Assembly: GCA_030141605.1 (NCBI GenBank)
Contig: JAQGDQ010000076.1
Span: forward strand, 1-64,000
Reading direction: 5' to 3'
DNA length: 64,000 nt
Source of the DNA: Tubiluchus corallicola
Taxonomy: Eukaryota; Animalia; Priapulida
Shown here: positions 22,664 to 47,519 of the stretch, one piece after another
Position numbering within the stretch: the first letter of the stretch is position 1
Layout: every line of letters starts with the position of its first letter
Program-made: the position numbers and the translations under genes
Notes under the pieces: model-generated
Database searches by the model: none
Told to the model about the DNA's origin: nothing
Seen by the model: the letters and a program-made list of their open reading frames with translations, nothing else

Positions 22664-25600
22664 AACTAACTATTTTTTCCACACTAACTAGACTGTTATT
22701 AATTGAAGTAATAGTTTTTGGTCTGATTGAAAAAATACCATTGATAAACATTATGAACATTTTAAATGTGCAATATTCATTTTAAACTGTACGGAACTGC
22801 ATGACCTGTATAATACGGAAATATGGAAAGAAACTTGGCGTTATTTCATTACAGTAACAATGCATTTTTGTTCTAAATTGTAGGCAGAGACCCGAATATA
22901 TTCTAGAAACGTGCACTAATTTACACAACATTGTGACGTTCAAAAAAAAAGAACTTCGTCAAAAATTATCGATAATATTCAATATAATAAGTCTTTTTTC
23001 CTTAGTTCTTTATTTATACTTGTACGGAACGAGAGTATGTTTAGGGCAGTGCTATTTGCTTCATAGCCCAGCATAATGTGCATATGTCTGAGCTAGCTGG
23101 CTGTACACTGCATTGCTAGCGTTTGCTGCTAGGCAGAGAAAGTATTGTCGCTCACATAGTTGTTGTCAGTTGTCACGCGCTTAAAAGCATATATTCTGTA
23201 CCGGCATATTCTTGAATTGCGCAATTTAGGCTATTGATAAGCAAACAATATTTATTTGTTTAGAATTTTATCAAGTTTATGTAAAAATTTTCCATATTTG
23301 TTTGTTTAAAATTACAATTGCAAATTACAACATTAAAATTACATATGTTTGTTTCGTTTTACACAGAATTAAAACAATGGCAAAATTTTTGAACCAGCAC
23401 CTTCATACGCATTTTCAGACGACTTGCGTCCTTCTATAAAGTTTAAGGCAGAACGCGAAGTTAGTGATGAAACTCATTTTCCGAACCCTAACATTTCAAG
23501 TGACGAAGATTATACAGTAGGCCTACAATTCCTGAATTATTGCTCAGGTCTACATTAGGTTACCTAATATTAAATTTTGTGACTTTATTGAGTCTTTTAT
23601 GTTCCTAATTTAATGCGTAGAAATTACAAATTGGAATCACTGATTCGCGTATCTACTGACTTGTACATTTTTGCAATCTTAGCTTCAACACCGTGACGTA
23701 AGCAGGAGCTCTTGCTGATGTCATGATAATTTGCGGGATACACAAGTAGAAAACAGAATTCTAATTGATTCGTAGAAACGCAATAAAAAACAATGGCCGA
23801 CTTTAACAGGAATTTTCTCAAGATTATGTTTTTAAGTGCCTAGCCTGCACCTCAATTTCAACGTGGATTATCTCAGCTTAGAAATAACATAGAGCAATGA
23901 CTTTGGTATTAAAATGATCCTCATGAAATGTAAATTCAGGTGCGTGAATAACTTTAGGAAAGCTAATTAAAATTGTCGACTTATGAACCATTTTGCTATG
24001 CAAGCACACAAATCATATATACATGAAAAAGGAAATATTTCGAAATAGTTCCTATGAATTGTAAATAGTTTGTAATTGACATGGTTTACTTTATAACTAG
24101 CGAAAAACTCGCCTAATTAATTCTGGAAGACACCAGGAAACTGACTGTCCTCTTGTTTTTATTTTCATTCCTATAACTGCCGCTAGGACTGACCAGTATT
24201 CTCCATTCTTATGGCAGAACGCTTACCCTGCCAGCATATCTGATGTAAACTTCGTTGATATCTGTTGGCTCAGTTTCATCATTCGCATCTCCAGTATTAC
24301 AAATAACTCCCATGTTTGTCACCACAACTCTGTCAACTATACTTGCATCTGCCGTCCTTAGAACAAAATTTACGCAAAATTATTTGAAAAGGCTTCTGGT
24401 TCAACTACAGCAACTACAGAATAATTATTCTTATTCTATTGTTCCTATTTAACACAGAGTCAAAAAAACTTTTTTCTTGGAAGAAATTTACAATTCCCCA
24501 CACCATTTTAAATACCCTAACCATAACACTAGCCCCAGCCCTAACTCTAATCTAACCCTACCTATCTCTAACACTAACACTATCTCTAACGAAATTACAC
24601 AATGCTGCTTATGCTTTCTGCTATTTCTTCATTATGTGTGCATGTGAAATTTTTGCAAAAATTTTTGTTACGTGTACTCCGTGTAGTGAATATGTGTACA
24701 AATTGCAAAACAGTTAAAACTGCCAAGCTGTCTACGTGATTTATAAATGTTCAAATCAGGGCAAAGAAGCGTTAACAAGGTCTTTTTACAGGTAACAGCA
24801 TCCTACACTTTCATTTAAATGAAACCTGATAATAGTATTCTTGTAGACGGTCTTTTATTGATAAAAGTATTCAAAGTATTCATAAAAACCCACTGTAATT
24901 ACTAATCGTTATAATATTAATGTAATTAATCATGCATAAGCTAAACTTGTAACTGAAATAGTGCTAATTACAGTAGCATAAACTTCATGAAACTGTATGG
25001 GTACATAGAAACCTTGTCTACCACAGCTGTTTTTTTATCTTAATATCACTTCATTAAACAGGCACAGTATAAAACTTCTTGATTTACCTCACCTGCCTAT
25101 TTTTTTGAAATTTAATAAAGTTCATTATCATAATAGTTGGTGATCACCGGACAATGACTAGATCTTAATCTTAGTCATTTAAAATATTTCCATATATATA
25201 TTCCACAATGCCGTTTTTATGCAGCTGCTTTCAATAAAGGCGTTACCGCGGCATTTTTATGCAGGTTCTTGTGCTAATCTTGTTAGAAATTAGTCCAAAA
25301 AACTTGAATAAATTTATTGATATTGATATGTTAGACTGTGTATATTCGCCATCTAAACGCAAATAATTGTTGTTATGATCTTATTCATTAGTTATTGTAG
25401 GCCAAATAACAAATCAAATGTTCCAATAAACGCGGTTTTTCTGACAACGGTATTTTATTTATTTAGGATTCAGGATTATTTTGTTGGTTTGCATATTACT
25501 CAGCTTACGTGAGAGGACAGTATCAACGATGAAAAAATTAGCAGACTTAAATCTTATCAATGAAAGCTGAACAGGAGAAGCAACAAGAACTGAACGTATG

Positions 25601-26051
25601 CCTGAGATTGTAACAGACGGAAATGTTCAGAAACAACAGACTTCATCTTCATGTTGCCAAGGAGATACAAACTGTAAAAGTGTGAAGCAGAAGCTTATAT
25701 TTAAATTTTCTGTTTTCTGAATTAATGCTTATGTTTGCATTTATATTGTCGGAATTGACTAAAATTGTCTGATTAACTTCTATTTTCGGTGGCTACTCGA
25801 AAGTCTCGATTATTGCAATCAGACAAAAACAAAAATGCTATTTTAAATCTTCTTTAGTGGCAAAAATATTGACATGAAAATAAATGTTGGCAAGTTGCTG
25901 TTGACCAACAGCATGCAGTCCTTGAGTATTACACGCTATATTGTACTATACCTAAGCTAATATTCTCTCTAGGCACACACCCTTTATCTAAATCTATGAC
26001 AACATAACACTTATCGTAAAAAATAGTCCAAGTGATAACGTATTTAACTTA

Positions 26052-37689
<11,638 letters not shown>

Positions 37690-39888
37690 GACTGCACCGC
37701 TGGACACTTCAAACATGACTATTAGATAGTAAGTAGTTTAATTTGTACTTTGTACTTATGATACGGTGGGCTGCAGATACTTGGTCGCAAACGAGTATTA
37801 AAAGTTCTGGTTTATTCTCCTTTTTCCATTCTTCCATTTATAAACCTACTTATTACTTTTAGCAAAAAGCCAAACGCTCATTTAATCAAAAATATTTCTT
37901 TCAATCGTTAAGTGTTAATAACCGTTTTGTGGGTTCAACAAAAGTGCCAAAGTTCATTTTTTGGCATCATGAAATACATCAAAGCTCTGTGCTGGTAAAC
38001 ATTAATGAGGTAAATTATTAGGGATGGTATGATTTCCACTGACTTACAGCACAGAATGAACGTGCAATTATGAAAAAATATTTCAGAGTGCAGTAACAAC
38101 AATACCATGATCCAAAATTCAATCAATCGTTTTTATATAAGAAAAAACTATTTGTATTTGTTGTCGTTAAAATTAAAGGTGGAATTGATAATTTTGATAA
38201 CGTGTTTGGTTATAGCTTTCTATGCTTTTTATCGTATCAAGATACTGTATCTATTCACACGAAACGTTCAAACTGCACTCTTTTTGTTTAAATCTATTTC
38301 AGGTTTAGTAATCATCATTTTAATCAAGCTTGTTATTTTTGCTCATGTGCAATCCACTGTCGTACATATTCATCGGCGATTCATAATTGAATGTGCTGCC
38401 ACCTACATTTAAAATTATTTATTATATTAAACTTCCCTCAAGTTTAATCCAGGTGGGGTGGCCAGGATGTAAGGAAGGAGCAGTAGTATGCGATGAATGG
38501 GCGGCGCCAGTGGGTACCTCTGGTTTCACTGCAACGCGGCAGTAGACGTCACTATTGCAGTGTCTGAAACTGTTTGTAGTGTGGTAGACACGCCGTCATC
38601 ACATTGCCCCTCGTTATCATCTTCTGTCTCGGTGTGACTTTAATCAAATATAGAAACGCTCTTGACATCCGGGACTTGCTCCCTCCATGCTCTTGGATCA
38701 GCCACCAGCTCAAAAAACCCTGCTGTTATACTTACTGGAAATTCAGTTTTGCCTGTAACTTAAATTATTGCCTATGCGTACTGGAGTTTAGTAAATTCTT
38801 CTGCATCTAAATTAACACCAAGACCAAGTTTTATTTCAATTAATTGCTCCATATTCATACTAGAAATCTCATTAAGCGTATACTGCAATGGTACTTGTTC
38901 TGGTGCATCTGGCAGTTTGGAAATTACATGGTACTCACACACTGAAAGCTAATTAATTTTATTTTATTTACAGAAATTTTTAACAATTTTTTCCCAAACA
39001 CTTTTATTAACATAGGTGTTTTTAATGATACAGTTCACAATGCTTTAAAACTCTGCATGCCGTCAGTTAATTAATAGCTCCTTGAATACTGAAGACTAGC
39101 ACCATCTAGTGGCTGATCTTGCAGTAATATGTAGTGCAATATATCAATTTTTTTGGAATGCTGTTTAGTAGTATTTTGTAGTAGTTGTAGTAATCTGCAG
39201 TGGAGCATCAGAGGTTTAAGTGAATTGCTAATTGTTGGCGCTATCTAGTGGGTAATTTTGTAGTAATATGAAATCAGTTATCTCAATTTTTTTGAATACT
39301 GGTGGCAGGTGCCATCTAGTAGCAGACTTTGTAGTAATATGTACTAGAGTATCACAAGTTTACTTGAATTGCTCATTGCTGGCGCCATCAGGTATCCGAT
39401 TTTACAGTAATACGTGGTCAGCTCTCTCAATTTTTCTTGAATGGTGAAAGTGGATGCATTACCACTAGACTAAAACTAAAAGACTCAAAGTTGCTTAATG
39501 GTTCTTTAGAAGAGTAAGATAATTTTTGGGGGATGTATAATTAAGAGACTGACGCAGCTGACGCTGCCTCGATTAGTTTTAAGATTTTGTCAATTGCATT
39601 ATTATTATTGGTTTTGTAAGAACGTGCCGAGGTGCTTGGCAGTTACTCTTTTCATTTTTTGTATATTATGATAATATAGAAAAATTCTGATTAATTGGTT
39701 CGCAGTTGCCATTGCAAAAGAATTCAAGGTGATTTGAGTAAAATTGATTTCACGCATCAATCAGAATTTTTCAGGATTATATTTTTTATTTTCACATTGT
39801 TTAAACTTAATTTTCTTGTAACTTTTATTGCTGTTTAAAAGGTAACAAACAAATCATAAATAAGATCAAAATAAGCTGTGAGACTTTA

Positions 39889-41397
39889 TTAAATTTTAAC
39901 AAAGATTAAAAGTGGCAGCTTTCGCTCAGCCCATGCTGTTGCTGCTTTGCCTGACAATGCTGATCCTAATGAAGCACTATATTCTTCAGGCTGTGCATCA
40001 TGCGAAGCTGCCACCTGCTCAAAATACTGCAAATAAGTCTGGATATTATCTTCACTTTTTTTAAAAGGGCGGACCTTAAAACGATAAACCCTAGATGAAG
40101 ATTGTTCAATGCTACTAAATGAGTTTGGTGCTGGCAAAATTATAGGATTAATGCCGCTAATTTGTAATTCTTGCTGCTTGCGATGACTTTCAAGATCTAA
40201 AATTCTAATTTGCTCTTGCGCTTCTAATTTCTCTTTTTCCGCTTTTAATTTTTCCACCTCCAGCAAAAGGGTTTGAGTATCATTCACCACTGCAGTCGGT
40301 GATTGTATAAAATGTTATGATGCTGAAGGCGCATCAGCTATTGCTTTGTTTGTTTATAGAAACTTTGGCTTCATGCCAGTTTGCGACCTATGTTGTGAAA
40401 GGGGCGGATGCAAAGGGGTACTCGACGAGGATGCAGACGAGCCTTGAATCACATCCACAAGGTCCGCTGCGCTAGTGTCTTTCACATCTTGCTGTTGCGT
40501 AATTAAAATAACTTCAGCTAATCTCTCTTTGGTGTGCAGCAGAGAAACTTGTAAGTCCAAATCACTAACAATATTTTTTAACTCCTCCAGCTTTTTTTTT
40601 GCATAAGGCCGGTTTTTGTATAACGTGCCATTTTTTTACTTCACTGTTACAACAATCAAATGTATTTATGCCACCTAGACAGGTGCACAAACCCACAATG
40701 TATCCAATAATTGATGTCCGTAACAAAAATTCTTCAAGCCACAGTGTCGTTCATGCAATCAACCACTCATACATTTCATAGTAATGACCGCAAATTGTAC
40801 ATTCAAGGTCAGATGTCTGTCAGTTATTAAAACGGCAATAAATAAACATTTGGGAAATTATATTTAAAATGGAATTAAATTTGCTAATGTGCTATTCAAC
40901 ACTCGTGGCTAAATCAATAATTGCAGCTAACACCTTGCGTAGTTATTGGGCTTCTCTGCCTAAAACTTTTTTTTGTTATTGCAATGTACAAAGCATACAA
41001 TATTTAGTCTATGAATCTGTGAAGTTGAACGCTTTAGTAACAGTACACTGCTATTTATCCAGGTAAGAGAATTTCGCTTTGAAACATAACATACAGGGTA
41101 CTGAATATCAGTAATGTACGGGATGTACTATAGGACAACGTTAGCTGTACTGACCTAGAAAAATTGATAGCTATTACATAGAATGATAATCAATGTCTGT
41201 GCTTAAGATTTTTATTTAGATCAAATAACCTTTAATCAATTATCCCACCGCTGCCACCACCTGTGATGGTTCGGGTTAGAAAGGCCAGAGGTACCGGAAG
41301 ACCACCTTTTGATGTAGCGTTTGCCGTATAATCGGCACACGCTACATCAAAAGGTGGTTTTCGGGTACCTGCGGCCCTTCTGATCCGAAACATCACA
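39889..41397 (-). mobile_element. Gypsy (Gmr1-like) LTR-retrotransposon 5' remnant: LTR-like element, tRNA-Leu PBS, decayed gag
   Basis: Minus strand ...ATCACA-gg-TGGTGGCAGCGGTGGGAT (PBS at 41242-41259, complementary to the tRNA-Leu 3' end); downstream coiled-coil plus PFKKSEDNIQTYLQYFEQVA...LSGKAATAW gag-like ORF at 39889-40290. Confidence 0.75.
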
Positions 41398-41457
41398 ATG
41401 TATGTTGTTGTTGGCTAAAATATTGTTTATGATCAAGTCCAAGTTGGTAAAAAAACC

Positions 41458-44400
41458 CTAGCCAATCAGATAACCATTGAAATTGTTGTCAAGATATGAA
41501 TTACTTGTCATAATGGTGGCACCACTCCAATATGTGACATAAACTGTGTCTCCGGGATGTAGACGAATAATAACAGAGTTTGATGTCGTATGATATTCAC
41601 CATCACCTGCAATGAAATAATATTATTTTTAAGCACAACTGTTGTACAGAGAGTGAATAATATTCACAAGAATACACCAGTTAATCTTAATGTTAGGATT
41701 ATTCTTTACTTTGCAAACCCAAAATTTATAAAATTTAGATACCAAACTTGAAAAATAGGAAATACAAAAAAGTTATATGCAGCATGGATTTGAACTAGCA
41801 CCCTTTTGCTTGCAAGGCAAAAGCTCAGCACCACATTCCCTGGTGATCATGGTTATACAGTATAGCTGACTAACTGAACTAGTACTTCTAAAGTTAAAGC
41901 ACTCAACCTAGGCAGACTGATTTTAAGTAATTTGATTATTTTTTGTTTAATTTGATCAATTCTGATTCCGAATCTGAAAATTTCATGTAGTCTTCCCCTC
42001 CTGTCCTTACACTGCTTGTACTTCGACCTAAGATGTCCATTCCTAAACGATGTGACTTCCTACGACCATCGACACTAAAAGCAAAACCGAACTAAATCAT
42101 AAACTGTAGGTCAAAATAATTTACTTTTTAAAATATTGGAAGAAGGCTTACTATTTTTTCTAAAAATGACTTACGTGACAGAATTATTACCACACAGGTG
42201 TTTTGTTATATGCTAGATATGTTAGTTTGTGACGAACTTCACACATTCGACAGCTCATGCATGAGCACAGCGGTAAATTTAAATTTCGAATTTTTGTCTT
42301 AAAATTTGCTTAGTTTTAGGACAACACACCGAATATCTAACAGCAGCACTGTACTTCAATTTCCGCCTGGATCCCAGGAAATAAACAAAGCAAATGATAT
42401 TTGATTGGTAGGTAGGCTGCCAGGTAGCCCAAAGTTCTCCTCTTGCCAAAAAATGGGTTAAATAAATTGGCCCTGCTAGAGTTAACTTGAAGATGAGAAA
42501 ACCAATTACAAATTTGCGGAAGTCCCTGCCATCTAGTGCCTGGGGTGACCAATTTAAAAGAAATCAGCAGACAATGTTACCTGAGCAATCAGTTTTACCT
42601 GCATTGACAAACCTGATACCTGAACAGAAGACAACCTCGAAGAATCATTTTTAATGTCATTTCTGCTGTGAAACTGAAAAACGTACTTACCACCTTAAAC
42701 AGCATTCCTCCTTTGATTTATCTTGGCAGCAGTTTTTGCTCAGTGAAATTACTTCAGCTGTGTAATGTCATTTAAAGAACATTAATTTACCATGGCTTTG
42801 TCTGTTCTAACGAGCAAGAGTCATTACCTAGTAGCACGAATGATTTCAGTGATACTTCTTGGCAGCTTTAAGTTGTAAATATTTGTAAATTTTCATGATG
42901 ATGCTCACAAGCTTGATTTTCCAGACCTGCTTCAATTTGCAGATCTCGAGTGAAGATCTTGAGTAAAGACACAAATTCGCGGAAACAGGACGTTTTTTGT
43001 ACTGAGATGATTTGTTGTTTGTTTTTGCATAATCGCACATTTTTAATTGTTAATTAGTAAATTTATAATATGTACATGCCAGCATTTTCATCACAGCATT
43101 GAGCATTAGCTCAGTGGTGCAACTCATTGCTGTATTGCTAATTATCTTTTTATAAGTTTTGACAAATGAAGTAATTTGCATTTAATCATTGAAATGATGA
43201 TAAACACAGTATGATGATGATGTTTATTATACAGGTTCCATGTTCTGCTCACTGCCTTGTTCTTCTTTAGGCTGTATGGTTATTTTATCGAGTAATTGAT
43301 TCTTTTACCTTATCTGTGCCTGTAACCTTTTGTTGCTCAGGTAATAAACAGATTAACATTTTAAGTTTCAGCTTTTCAATTCGGCTACCAGCAGTCAACT
43401 TACCGACTTCTGCCCACTTTTCAAATGTAAATTTTGGGCTTGGCTTCTTATTTCAGTAAACTTTCTACTTGTAATTTAGCTTACACCTGTAAAATGTACC
43501 TGCTATTTTATTGTAGACTAAAAGAAAATCTTTAACTTGCTAAACAATTTGATTGGATATTGGAAATTATGCAACAAAAACTGTTATCTTCATTTTGCGC
43601 TGCATTTGAAAATTTTGTTGTCACTTTGCTTAAGGCATGATTCAGCTTTCCTTTATTGTGTTAACTTTTTAGAGGCAGAGGGTCGGAGCTTTTTGCCCTA
43701 TTATGTGTTTAAACTTTCGTTCATTCAAGGACACAGAACATGTTACGTGAATGTTATTTTAAAGGATCTTCAAAATAAAAACATCTATAAATCGAAATTC
43801 AATCATCTTACCTGAACGAAATTCACAAATCCTACCTTCCGATTGGCAGAAATTTAAATACTTACCTATTTCACCTGTGAAAAATCTATAAAAACAAGTG
43901 CCGCATTCTTATTCCCTGAGTTCAGGGGTTACTGGTATTAGTTTGACCACCAAACAGGACAAGCCTGATCCCTTCATGATCCTGTCTCCTAACTGTTTGG
44001 GTGCCAATGTGAAGTAACCCCTCAAGGGTAGATTCCTTTTTATGTTTTGTGTCTAGCCAGCTAGTTGTTCATTTTAATTACGAAAATTCTTTCTTACATT
44101 AACATTTTAATTTTACAAAATCACTAAATTAGTCAAGATTATGGGCGGGGCTTATGCCACTTAATCAATGCTAATTAATGACTCCCAGGCATTTGGTTCA
44201 CTAATCTCGTTTCAGGATGAGGTACTCAAACCATGGCGTCTCGCCCACCAATAGCTCTGGTTCAAACCACCCAGGAGCTATTACAACTACCCTGGTGGCT
44301 AGTACCGACAACAGAACAGTAGTTATAGCTATTTTATGTGTTTCACTTAATGCATTTTTGATTAAGTATAACAATACTTCTTTTTACAAATTATTATTAC

Positions 44401-46942
44401 CAGACGAATTAAGATGAAGAAAACATAATTACGTTAATGAATAATTAAAATAGAATTGCAAATAAGGTGAGTGAGCTTTAAACAGTCAATAAGTAATTGA
44501 CAAATGGGATTGACAGTCACCAACTTGTGAATGAATGAACAAATGAACGAATGAAATTTAATGAATATGACATTATTGTAGAAAATTATTTTATGTAAAA
44601 AATTGTTTTGTTAAAACTCTTGAGTAATGAATGTGTTAGCATTGATGTAGACACGGTGCCTCATTGCAAATTGTTTACTATACAGGCTTACCTGGATTAG
44701 TGAGACGTGCAACATCATTTCCGTTATGTGTAAGACGGGCAACAGAACCACTACCACTTTTGCGCGCCTCTAGATTCGCTTCAAAATAGTAAGCACCTGT
44801 AATAGGAGCTTTGAATTTTCCTGTAAAATAAAACGCCAAATTAACGTTTATGTCTTTATCTAATGTATCTAAATTTAATAAAAAGTGCTCAAAGGTTAAT
44901 CCAAAGGTGCACATATGTGATCTTTGTTCTTTTGTTGTGTAACGTAATGTCAAATTTATTCCTACTATGTAATAAAGTACATAAAATCTTAGCGCTGAAT
45001 TTAAAAATCAAAATACTGAACTGCTGTCTATTTACAACAGAGGCAGGGAGGATGACACTGCAGCCCTAACAGAGTTGCGTTGCAGGTTTATGCTTAAGCT
45101 AACAAACGTTTAAGCTGAAACAAAATTATTGATTCATATAATTGAATTAAATTGAATTATCGATTTATTATTAAGCACATTGCATACACAACTCACCGAA
45201 ATAACAACAATGGAAAAAATGACACAGGTGGCTCGTTTGTTGCAAAGCCTGTGAGTGTAAACAGAGCTGGATGAGAGAACACCACTGACCACTGACAAGG
45301 ATCTACAGTACACCTTCCCTTTTCATAAGCTCCGTTTGTGCACGTGATTAGTTGTTTTTACTACTAGACAGTCAGAATTTCAATCTGTTCTAGGTAAAGG
45401 CACATTCACATGCACACCTAAGGGTTTAGTGTAACAATATTTAATTTCATTTTTTTTTAAATTTAATTTTAATTTTTTTTATTAGCGTGGTCCAGCACTG
45501 AGTTCGCTCCCCGTTCATGCCCCCTCAATCCAGACAAAGAAGTATCCTCTTTGATTGGGAGTAAGTAAGAATCACCACCCGCAGAGACTAATATGCAAAA
45601 CAGACCGAAAACTTAGTCTTAGAGAAAAACAATTATGCGAAACGATTACCGAATTCGAAATTAAAAGTTGAAAATAATCTCATTTTCTTGTTCAATTAAG
45701 TTAAAGTCAATCGTTGTATTTCACGTAACAACAGTTTTTTTGTAACAGCGAATCGACTTAGAAAACTACCAACAAAGTCAGTCTCAGCTGTCTTTGCAAA
45801 GTATGTAAAAATAAATGTAATAAATGTAATTAGATCGTCCATTATCCATTAAGAAATTCATACGTTCTGCATTACGTAATGGTTCATCAGTATGAATCAT
45901 CATAGCTTGACAGGTAACAGAGACATTAACTGCAATAGTAAGTGTGAACTAGCCTTTAGCTAGCCAATAAAGTTTTAATACTACGGCTATGACGAATTGG
46001 TTGGGTAGCTTCTCTGTAAAATACGAACGCTAGTGTTCTTGTCAAACGCACAGGGAACTCCACGATTTTTCGTGACAAATCCAGCATAAAATTTATTCAA
46101 TATAAGTATTTGCTTCTGTGATGAAAAACAGTGTAACAGATGGAAAAAGTAGTAAGTATTGTAGTTGTAAGGCCATCTTAATTTGTACCGAGAACAAACA
46201 TTTTTGCAAGAAAAATTTGCATCATTGATAAAAATCAGCATCTTTGATAACTTCGTTTGTAAAGTTAAAATGCAAATGTCACTTAACACCCCATGATCAG
46301 TAACAACATTGACAATTTTAACACCTTGCGCTGTGTTTGACTGAACTTAGGGTTGGTCAGTGGTCAAAGTCACTCCAGTTCACAAGGTTCACAAAGCCTT
46401 GCTGTGAAGCTAAAAATAGGATCATGAAAGAAAAGAAATTAAGCAAAGCAAAGTCAATGGATTTACAGTTAGGACCCCAAATGCGCACACACACACACAT
46501 TCATATATACATACATACATACATACATACATACATACATACATACATACATACATACATACATACATACATACATACATACATACATACATACATACAT
46601 ACATACATACATACATACATACATACATACATACATACCATACATACATATAGCAAGAGATATGAGGTGAGTCCTGTGGGATTTTCCAATTAATCCTGCT
46701 AGGTCGTGTGTTGTGTGGAATGAAATGTCAGCCAGAAAATTTTGATAATGTTTAGATGTTATGATGATAGAAGCAAATATTATATTATTTTCTTGTTGGG
46801 ACGCATTGATAACTAATAGCAAGTCACATACCCGTGGACGATGAATACACGTTTCCATAATTTATGTTTGTCTTGGTAAATTTTATAACTTTTCCTGTGC
46901 TTCCACTGTTGCTTTCTGGCGTATGGACAGAGAAAGCAAAGG
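41458..46942 (-). CDS. C1q globular-domain protein (three phase-1 exons; 5' end unresolved)
   Basis: Exons 46942-46832 (FAFSVHTP...KVIKFTKTNINYGNVYSSST), 44820-44692 (GKFKAPITGAYYFEANL...LTHNG) and 41606-41458 (TTSNSVIIRLHPGDTVYV...NNFNGYLIG-stop) together carry all the hallmark gC1q motifs. Confidence 0.88.
41775..41845 (-). pseudogene. tRNA-derived (Ala-TGC-like) SINE head or pseudogene
   Basis: Minus strand TTTGC-CTTGCAA-GCAAA anticodon arm followed by a B-box-like AGTTCAAATC; acceptor and D arms are degenerate. Confidence 0.4.
46507..46650. repeat. (ATAC)n microsatellite
   Basis: Directly visible. Confidence 0.97.
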
Positions 46943-47519
46943 CTGAAATGAAAATATTACTTGTCATCATTATCATCACGAGCTGGTCAATATTATTATG
47001 TCATCACAGTCAAAGATTTTTCCACAATTATCATCATCCTTTCCATTATCCAGGGTAATTTTGTACCAACAACATGGATTAGCCACAATCTATTCAGTAC
47101 ATCAATCATTGTGAACTCATATCAATACGTTCTTAAACATCATTGTGCCGTCAATGGCGACTCAACATGAAGGGCTGAACTTTGTAACCCAGGATGGTTT
47201 GCCCTAAAAATAGGACAGGAATAGGAGGAGCAATAAACAAAACTACAACTAAGAAAGAATCAAAACTACATGAAATTGGCCAATGAGAAACAAGATCAGT
47301 GAATTTTTGTGGATATTGAAATGTTTTTTTTAAATTACAGTTGACATGTTAGCACTAATTCTTATCTGTTACATGTGTGATAAACCATCCATTAGTTACG
47401 ATATTTTTTGTTTACTTGTTTGTCACCTTTTTATTTCACAGTCAAGTTCTTTATAGTGACAGCTGTAGCACTTGCTAGTGTAATTTGCTTACATTATAGT
47501 AGTCACTATAGTAGTATTA

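Noticed and set aside
24515-24590. Telomere-like CCCTAA tract
   Set aside because: Short and highly degenerate; not evidence of an interstitial telomere.
38440-38615. Possible 3' LTR (purine tract followed by TGTGATG on the minus strand)
   Set aside because: Only 7 nt match the 41262-41397 element; the rest is unrelated.
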